A DNA stretch of 5,881 nt from Amoeboradix gromovi X-113 (taxonomy: Eukaryota; Fungi; Sanchytriomycota). The stretch covers positions 1 to 5,881 of the forward strand of contig JADGIF010000624.1 of NCBI GenBank assembly GCA_018985225.1, written 5' to 3'. The translations under genes and the position numbers were made by a program. This document shows, piece by piece, positions 1-5,790 of the stretch (position 1 is the stretch's first letter; the number at the start of each line of letters is the position of its first letter). Below the pieces are notes generated by a model. The model did no database searches, was not told the DNA's origin, and worked only from the letters and a program-made list of their open reading frames with translations.

Positions 1-89
1 ATCAATGAAAGAAAATTGGTATAACAGAAGAAGATCTTTTATTAATGATAGCATTTCCTCCGTATGGAGCACCTCTTTTAAATACGAGT

Positions 90-117
90 TAGTCTAGTTT
101 TTATATTTGGTGTCCCA
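90..117 (+). repeat. Left arm of 28-bp long-range inverted repeat
   Basis: TAGTCTAGTTTTTATATTTGGTGTCCCA. Its reverse complement matches 5763..5790 at 26/28 positions. Confidence 0.93.
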
Positions 118-269
118 GAAGTACTCACATATTATTACCCAAAAACTAGGCGATAAGGCTCTACTAGCATTTCTATTCTGTCAGCATGGTCTTTGGCCAT
201 CTGTAAGTGGATGATCTTGACTTGAAGAATTAGTTCATTGTCTTATAACCGTTTTGGAATTGAGCTGAT

Positions 270-557
270 TTAATAACAGCTAAGCAACATGGAAACCTTG
301 CCGTAATATCTATGTGTGGTCACTTCTGGCCTCTTTTTCTTTTCACGGTGTGTACTTTCCCACAAATTGGCGCTGCCAATCGTATTAATTATATTTGCCA
401 CAGAAGATCTGATTAAATAGCTCAGTAGCGTCCTAATTATACATTGAATAGTGTTGCATAGATTAATAGTTCTTAATCTTATGAAACCTAGCTTGCTAAC
501 ACGTGGTCTAGCATATATATTTGGTGTGTCGTCTCTTAGAAAATCGACTACACTAGT
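270..557 (-). pseudogene. Possible decayed coding remnant with weak resemblance to a Tc1/mariner-type N-terminal HTH
   Basis: 95 stop-free codons with no suitable ATG start, including LIRSSVANIINTIGS...KKKRPEVTTHR. The resemblance is by eye only. Confidence 0.2.
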
Positions 558-606
558 TTATATTTACTAAAAATTTTTGGCTTAGTCAAGTTTTATACTT
601 AATGTC
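504..606 (+). repeat. Cluster of degenerate direct copies of the 28-bp repeat unit
   Basis: 504..527 TGGTCTAGCATATATATTTGGTGT matches the left arm at 20/24. 553..565 CTAGTTTATATTT is a partial copy with a shortened T run. 583..606 TAGTCAAGTTTTATACTTAATGTC has 3 mismatches and 1 gap over 25 positions against the reverse complement of the right arm. Confidence 0.65.
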
Positions 607-748
607 TATTTTCTTTAATGAGCCAACCTTACAGATTATGCTTGTTGGTATTTCATGACAGTCACCATTCCTTAATGGATTATTACATAAATAATTACTC
701 TTATTTGGCCGCAGATGTAAGTGAATCATCTTCAAAGGATGAAAGCTT

Positions 749-1192
749 ATGAAACTTCAAATCCACATAAGTTCTAAGCAGCTTTCCCTAAACATTCGCC
801 CTGATTTCACAGTTCGCCAACTGTATCATCTATTTAATCTTTCTAGCAATGATTTATCTCTTATATCCCAACGATATGCTTTTGGTCAACATGTCCATTT
901 AACGCATAAACTGCTTGGTGGTAAAGGTGGTTTTATTGCTCAGCTCAAAAAGGAAGGTGCAGCAATGAAGAAATCAGATAATAAAGATAAGCTTAGATCA
1001 AAGAATAATAAAACTGGAAAAACTGAGAAATTACTAAAATCTTTAAAGGAAGCTCAAAAACAGCCAGTAAAAGATGCTAAACCAAAGAGAATACCTAAAG
1101 AACCTAAGGCCAAACCACTTTTAAAGGAAGACAACATTGATAACGACCGCAAACATCAAGAAGAGCTTTTTAAGAAACTATTTAATAAATAA
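749..1192 (+). CDS. SDE2: Sde2-family protein (N-terminal ubiquitin-like fold, GG|KGG cleavage motif), short form of 147 aa
   Basis: ATG749..TAA1192, with an in-frame TGA just upstream at 740-742. Contains LLGGKGGF at residues 55-62 (nt 911-934), the hallmark LxGG|KGGF motif of Sde2/SDE2. It is followed by IAQLKKEG..MKKSDNKD, which aligns loosely with the family's GSxLRxxG...N segment, and then a Lys-rich tail. Confidence 0.85.
   Translation: MKLQIHISSKQLSLNIRPDFTVRQLYHLFNLSSNDLSLISQRYAFGQHVHLTHKLLGGKGGFIAQLKKEGAAMKKSDNKDKLRSKNNKTGKTEKLLKSLKEAQKQPVKDAKPKRIPKEPKAKPLLKEDNIDNDRKHQEELFKKLFNK
1184..1189 (+). terminator. Putative AATAAA polyadenylation signal in the last codons of SDE2
   Basis: TTT AAT AAA TAA: the hexamer immediately precedes the stop codon. 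Confidence 0.4.
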
Positions 1193-1202
1193 CGCTATTT
1201 TA

Positions 1203-2372
1203 TCAGCTACTCATTGCTGCTTTGCACATTCTTAGTAAAATAGGCGCTACACCTTTAAGATATCTAACCATTGCCAATGCTTGTACATTTGACATCATCT
1301 CCAATTCAATCTCTGGTAGTGAATCTATCGCTTCTGGAAACCGTGACAATGACGATGCCCGGCTAACCGATTCAAGGGAGTCCTGCTTTGTTAAATACCC
1401 GCACATCCGCTCCTGGTATATTGGCATTGTTTCTTCATCTATTTTAAGCACATCATCAATTCCAAAGCATTTCAGAATTCCAATAAATAGTTGCTCCAAC
1501 TGACTCATATCCAGTCTCAATGTAAGCAAACCATCAACTACTTTGTTTAGTAAATCATGAAAGAACAATCGAAGGTACTTGCTGTGATCTAACATACTTC
1601 CAATGTAAATCAAATTGCGTATTAAATTTCTGAAATTATTTGGCTGGGAAACAGAAAAGTCGATTTTATCATTCAAGGTAGTTTTAAAAGATTCATAGCC
1701 TTCCTTTGTCATCATAACAAGCCTCAGGGATTTTAAATCTTTTACAAAATAAACTTCTAAATCGTCAGTTGGGTCTAGCAATGAAGGCTGCCAAGCACTC
1801 ATAATGCTAGCAGTACAGAAAAGAATATCAGAAAAAGAAAGAAATCTTAGCTTCTTATGTAAGCATTCAAATCTATGAATACAAAGGAAGGATATTAGCG
1901 AATACTGAACCGCCAAATCATTTTGAAAACAAAACTCAGATTTCAAGACTTGAATACCTTTTTCACCTGGTTTCATTTCTTCTATTCTTTTTATAATAAA
2001 CTTGATGTTATTGAATTGCTTTTCATTGATTAAAGTTTCCTCCATTTCTTTTTTTGTCCTGCTACTCAGTTTCTTACCTAATAACTCGCGGACATATGTA
2101 TCATTTAGCTGATAGTATGTTTGAACTATTACAATTTTAGCATGAGGTGTAATGTTTAAGAGATCCGTAGATATAAAGTAGCTTGGGTTTTTTAACATCG
2201 GTTCCATATAATTATAGAGCCTATATTGCTCCATTTCGAAAGACGATAACTTACTAGTTTCGTCACTGGTTAACCATTTCTTGAACTGCTCAGGATAGAA
2301 AAAAGGATTGGAAGAAACAAGCAACATTTGTTTCAAAAAACTGAAATAGCTATCAGTATAGCTTTCCAACAT
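1203..2372 (-). CDS. FIBP: FIBP (acidic FGF intracellular-binding protein) family homologue
   Basis: 389-aa ORF ending in TGA. Motifs are colinear with human FIBP as I recall it: YYQLNDTYVRELLGKKLSSRTKKEM vs [31 protein letters not shown] vs QFDNFK; HRFECLHKKLRFLSFSD vs NRFETGKKKLQYLSFGD; NFRNLIRNL vs NFKNLSRGL; C-terminal RYL...LLRM vs RYM...LLRL. The true start may be the second ATG at 2327 (MLLVSSNP), which aligns better with the FIBP N-terminus. Confidence 0.88.
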   Translation of the reverse strand: MLESYTDSYFSFLKQMLLVSSNPFFYPEQFKKWLTSDETSKLSSFEMEQYRLYNYMEPMLKNPSYFISTDLLNITPHAKIVIVQTYYQLNDTYVRELLGKKLSSRTKKEMEETLINEKQFNNIKFIIKRIEEMKPGEKGIQVLKSEFCFQNDLAVQYSLISFLCIHRFECLHKKLRFLSFSDILFCTASIMSAWQPSLLDPTDDLEVYFVKDLKSLRLVMMTKEGYESFKTTLNDKIDFSVSQPNNFRNLIRNLIYIGSMLDHSKYLRLFFHDLLNKVVDGLLTLRLDMSQLEQLFIGILKCFGIDDVLKIDEETMPIYQERMCGYLTKQDSLESVSRASSLSRFPEAIDSLPEIELEMMSNVQALAMVRYLKGVAPILLRMCKAAMSS

Positions 2373-2463
2373 CAGTTTGTCACTAACCGTTTCTAATTCG
2401 CGAGTCAGAAACCATTTATGATACTAACAGTTTATATTTTTGAAACCGCATTGCCGCAGAAAA
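2373..2463. promoter_or_regulatory. Putative compact bidirectional promoter (FIBP / IKS1)
   Basis: 91 bp between divergent ATGs. Contains TTTATATTT at 2431-2439 (TATAAA on the minus strand, facing FIBP) and GCCGCAGA at 2453-2460. Function is inferred from position only. Confidence 0.6.
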
Positions 2464-3705
2464 ATGGAGTTGGATATTGACAGCTGGCAAATAATCTTAA
2501 GACAACCTCAGACTGCAGTCCTTTACCACGAAAAAGACAAGAGAATTCAGCTTTTAAAAAAGAATTTGAGCTTGTGCCCATTATGTGGAAGCCAACTAAA
2601 TCAACTCTTTATGGACAATGATTATTTCAAATTACTTTCTACTATCTGTGAGCCCAATGATTATGAATCCAAGCTCCCTAAGTCTCTGTTTAACGATGGT
2701 TATTATGACCGGCTTTTCATCCAACAAGAAAAACTAGGTCGCGGCGCCAAAGGTACCGTTTATAAGTGTTTGCATGTTCTTGACAATGTTCATCTCGGTC
2801 TATTTGCAATTAAAAAGGTGGCAGTTGGCGATAATCACGAATGGTTGATTCGTATATTAAAAGAAGTTACCTTATTACAGCAATTAAAGCACGAGAATAT
2901 TATAGAATACAAACATGCATGGCTAGAATGGGCAAAATTAAGCGAATTTTCACCCACCATTCCAGTACTATTTATTTTAATGGAGTACGCTAATGGCCTA
3001 AATCTTCAGGATTATATAGTTTTAAGCTCTAGTGTAAAGAATCAAAAGCATATGCTGCCCATGTCTGAAAGCAAACATAAAAGCGGTATCGGAGTTAATA
3101 AGTTTGGTGAAATGGTCAGATACTTAGAATCACAAACAATTATCCAATTATTTCTGGACATAATAAATGGCTTAGCTCATCTTCATTCTCTTAATATTAT
3201 TCACAAGGACATCAAACCAAACAATTTGCTACTGCAATTCCAAGATCCAATAAACAAACTAGACGTGCCTCGCATTTTAATTTCAGACTTTGGCGAATGT
3301 CAAGATATTCAAGCAAGCATAAACACAAACAGAACAGGAATGAGTGGTACCATGGAATTCGTGCCTCCAGAACTTCTAGTCCAAGATCCTTTGTTGCCGT
3401 TTGATAGATGCTCAGATATTTGGTCTGCTGGCTTGGTGCTGTACTTTATATGCTATTCATTTTTACCATGGAGTCAAGTTGATGATGTAGATTTGTTGAG
3501 AACTGAGGTACTATCAACTAAAGAGTTCAACTATTACGACGACAACATACGAGTAGATGCATCATTAAAGAATGCAATCAAAATGATGTTAAATTTAGAT
3601 CCAAAATCAAGACCGACTGCCGAACAAATTAAAAAACAAGGTAAGATACTACAGGAGCAATTGGCCAAAAGACCAGGCACTTCATTGCTGCTCCAAGATT
3701 ACTAG
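2464..3705 (+). CDS. IKS1: Iks1-family serine/threonine protein kinase (413 aa from first ATG)
   Basis: First ATG at 2464 (AAAATGG context); the ORF track's 2440 start is a TTG. Kinase motifs: LGRGAKG, AIKK, KEV, HKDIKPNN, SDFGE, GTMEFVPPE, DIWSAG, RPTA. Features typical of fungal Iks1: N-terminal W...CPLCG...FM..DYF.LL, GYY.R.F, HVLDNVHLGLFAIKKVAVGDNHEWL, YKHAWLE and FSPTIP.LFIL. Confidence 0.85.
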   Translation: MELDIDSWQIILRQPQTAVLYHEKDKRIQLLKKNLSLCPLCGSQLNQLFMDNDYFKLLSTICEPNDYESKLPKSLFNDGYYDRLFIQQEKLGRGAKGTVYKCLHVLDNVHLGLFAIKKVAVGDNHEWLIRILKEVTLLQQLKHENIIEYKHAWLEWAKLSEFSPTIPVLFILMEYANGLNLQDYIVLSSSVKNQKHMLPMSESKHKSGIGVNKFGEMVRYLESQTIIQLFLDIINGLAHLHSLNIIHKDIKPNNLLLQFQDPINKLDVPRILISDFGECQDIQASINTNRTGMSGTMEFVPPELLVQDPLLPFDRCSDIWSAGLVLYFICYSFLPWSQVDDVDLLRTEVLSTKEFNYYDDNIRVDASLKNAIKMMLNLDPKSRPTAEQIKKQGKILQEQLAKRPGTSLLLQDY

Positions 3706-3712
3706 GTCAATC

Positions 3713-3718
3713 AATAAA
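3713..3718 (+). terminator. Putative AATAAA polyadenylation signal of IKS1
   Basis: AATAAA begins 8 nt after the TAG stop. Confidence 0.45.
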
Positions 3719-3777
3719 TAACGGTAAAATACTTGAAACCTAATTTATTCAATTTTGAGAGATACCCCGGAAACAGC

Positions 3778-5709
3778 ATGGGAATTGAATTTCCTGATCC
3801 CCCAACAATCATTTTCAACGTCAAAAAAGGAAAGCAGTACCACAGGTTCTCAACCCTAGGTCAAGGTGGATTTGCTAAATGCTACAAAGTCACTTGTGAC
3901 CAAAATGAATATGCAATGAAATGTGTATATAAAAAATCGTTAAAGAATCCAAAGCATATATCCAAATTGAAGTCAGAAATTAAGATTCACTCTCAACTGA
4001 GCAATGAAAGGATTGTGAAATGTTTTAGTTATTTTGAAGACCGAGAGTATGTTTATCTACTTCTCGAATTATGCCATTTGAAGACGCTTGCTAATATGCT
4101 GCGAGTTCGGCATCGACTTACTGAGCCTGAATGCAGGTATTTCATGCTTCAGATATGTGATGCTCTGGAATACCTACATGACAATCACATAATACACCGT
4201 GATCTTAAACTTGGAAATATATTACTAACAAGGGATATGCATATCAAGCTAGCAGACTTTGGTTTAGCTGCCGCTGTAACAAACGAAGAACGGAAAAAGA
4301 CGCTATGTGGCACACCAAACTACTTGGCGCCTGAAATATTACATGGGACCGAAAACGGACACAGCTATGAAGTAGACATTTGGTCGTTCGGATGTGTAAT
4401 GTACACACTGTTAATAGGAAAACCCCCTTTCCAAAGTAAAGATGTAAACGAAATTTACTTGAAAATCAAAAAAGTAGAATTCGAATTTCCGAGTACCATT
4501 CCGCTATCGAACGATTCCATATTTTTAATCAAGGCGTGCTTACAAAGCAGACCTGAGCTAAGACCGAGTGCGGCTCAAATTAAACAGTTTTCATTTTTTA
4601 AACAATTTATTCCTGCATTGCTACCTGTTAGTGCTTTATCTGAAGTTCCTGATTTTGATGATGTCACCCCCACTCTGTCACAATCCTATAAGAGCTTACA
4701 GCGTTCAGATAGTAAGCATGAAGATCTAATGATAATTAGTCCAGAGAAGCCCAAGTTATTGCAAACTCCAGCAAAGTCTAAAATACCTACCTACATTCAT
4801 AACAACCTGTACAACAGTCCAATGAAAAGTATTACTAAACGCAAAAGGAACACAATCCAGCAGTTTTATGACTCAATGTTTGAGTGCGCTGTTCTAGCTG
4901 AATCAATATATGATTTGTATTCTATGCCTGTTAACTGGGCTAGGCAGAGAACTAGCGATATCTGCACACCCACAATAAATGCCCATCATAACCCATTCGC
5001 ATCCATATTCACAAATAGGCAATCTACAATGTGCGCACCAAAACATTTTATTCTGAAATGGATAGATTACAGTAACAAATACGGTCTATCATACCAAATT
5101 ACAGACGGAAGTGTTGGCATTCTATTTAATGATCTATCCAGTATTCTACTTAGTCCAAATGAGCAAATAGTTAACAAACTTGAATACAAGATGAACGGCG
5201 ATAGATCTAGCATTCATATCGAGAAGTACAGTAACAATGAACTGCCCGACGTGTTGTTGAAAAAGTATAAAATGTGCAAGGAGTTTAAAAGATACATGGA
5301 AAAGAACTTAAGCCAGGTACCTATCACAGTTGAATATGACCAGAATAAGAGCGTGTTCTTGCAAAAATGGCTAAGGTTTAAGCATGCAGTGGTTTTTAGA
5401 CTGAGTAATAACACAATTCAGATGAACTTCCAAGATCATACCAAACTTATTGTTGGAGATCATGGCTTGATGATTACATACATAACAAGTAATAAGCAGA
5501 TATATAGCTGCACTATAGACGAGGCATTGATACCTGTGGATGAGCAGATGAAGATGATGAAAATGACAAGCATAAATGATGATAGATGGCCAAAGCTGAC
5601 AAATACGATAAAGATGGAAAACAGAGAGCTAACCACAGATGTTTGTAGAGATATACAGTTGAGGATTATAAAAATGATTGAATTTCTACAAGTACTGGCT
5701 AATAGATGA
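3778..5709 (+). CDS. CDC5: Polo-like kinase (Cdc5/Plo1/PLK1 family), kinase domain plus two polo boxes (643 aa from first ATG)
   Basis: First ATG at 3778; the ORF track's 3733 start is a TTG. PLK signatures: LGQGGFAKC, HRDLKLGN, DFGLA and the activation loop RKKTLCGTPNYLAPE. Polo box 1 is KWIDYSNKYGLSYQITDGSVGILFND. Polo box 2 is LQKWLRFKHAVVFRLSNNTIQMNFQDHTKLI, with the His/Lys phosphate pincer (HTK) intact. Confidence 0.96.
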   Translation: MGIEFPDPPTIIFNVKKGKQYHRFSTLGQGGFAKCYKVTCDQNEYAMKCVYKKSLKNPKHISKLKSEIKIHSQLSNERIVKCFSYFEDREYVYLLLELCHLKTLANMLRVRHRLTEPECRYFMLQICDALEYLHDNHIIHRDLKLGNILLTRDMHIKLADFGLAAAVTNEERKKTLCGTPNYLAPEILHGTENGHSYEVDIWSFGCVMYTLLIGKPPFQSKDVNEIYLKIKKVEFEFPSTIPLSNDSIFLIKACLQSRPELRPSAAQIKQFSFFKQFIPALLPVSALSEVPDFDDVTPTLSQSYKSLQRSDSKHEDLMIISPEKPKLLQTPAKSKIPTYIHNNLYNSPMKSITKRKRNTIQQFYDSMFECAVLAESIYDLYSMPVNWARQRTSDICTPTINAHHNPFASIFTNRQSTMCAPKHFILKWIDYSNKYGLSYQITDGSVGILFNDLSSILLSPNEQIVNKLEYKMNGDRSSIHIEKYSNNELPDVLLKKYKMCKEFKRYMEKNLSQVPITVEYDQNKSVFLQKWLRFKHAVVFRLSNNTIQMNFQDHTKLIVGDHGLMITYITSNKQIYSCTIDEALIPVDEQMKMMKMTSINDDRWPKLTNTIKMENRELTTDVCRDIQLRIIKMIEFLQVLANR

Positions 5710-5718
5710 ATCATTGTT

Positions 5719-5724
5719 AATAAA
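5719..5724 (+). terminator. Putative AATAAA polyadenylation signal of the Polo kinase gene
   Basis: AATAAA begins 10 nt after the TGA stop. Confidence 0.45.
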
Positions 5725-5762
5725 TTATAACAGTCCCATAAAAAACTCTTGAAAACTACATT

Positions 5763-5790
5763 TGGGACATCAAATATAAAAACTGGACTA
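5763..5790 (-). repeat. Right arm of 28-bp long-range inverted repeat
   Basis: TGGGACATCAAATATAAAAACTGGACTA, reverse complement TAGTCCAGTTTTTATATTTGATGTCCCA. It differs from 90..117 by two transitions. Confidence 0.93.

Noticed and set aside
9-92. Plus-strand peptide IAFPPYGAPLLN resembling the IS630/Tc1 PPYSPxLNPIE motif
   Set aside because: The SP and PIE residues are absent and the frame is bounded by stops, so the match is too weak.
2-97. Open plus-strand frame SMKENWYNRRR...YELV* as the 3' end of an upstream gene
   Set aside because: Only 31 codons with no recognisable family. It cannot be distinguished from the competing minus-strand frame starting at 54.
366-380. Palindrome ATTGGC-GCT-GCCAAT (CCAAT or E2F-like)
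   Set aside because: A single 6-bp stem far from any supported start codon could arise by chance.
500-505. CACGTG followed by AT-rich DNA as a point-centromere CDEI
   Set aside because: It does not match RTCACRTG, and no CDEIII-like CCG element lies at the proper distance.
203-511. GTAAGT (203) ... GCTAAC ... TAG (511) as a long intron
   Set aside because: There are no convincing flanking exons, and it is inconsistent with the intronless neighbours.
504-606. CRISPR-like repeat-spacer array
   Set aside because: The copies are too divergent and irregularly spaced, the context is eukaryotic, and there are no cas genes.
575-607. U2 snRNA-like string TTTTGGCTTAG-TCAAGT and Sm-site-like AATTTTTGG
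   Set aside because: The branch-pairing GTAGTA and the 5' GCC of stem I are missing, and the Sm-like site is on the wrong side. The sequence is better explained as a degenerate repeat copy.
1222-1503. 93-aa plus-strand ORF
   Set aside because: It lies wholly antisense to the FIBP CDS and has no recognisable motifs, so it is a shadow ORF.
2404-2430. TACTAACAG branch point plus acceptor upstream of IKS1
   Set aside because: There is no consensus donor nearby (GTCAGA at best) and no upstream exon is required. It cannot be supported without RNA data.
2440-2463. TTG start for IKS1 (and likewise TTG at 3733 for Polo)
   Set aside because: This is eukaryotic DNA, and in-frame ATGs at 2464 and 3778 precede the conserved regions.
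5214-5714. 66-aa and 84-aa minus-strand ORFs
   Set aside because: They are antisense to the polo-box region. Their hydrophobic composition simply mirrors the A-rich sense strand.
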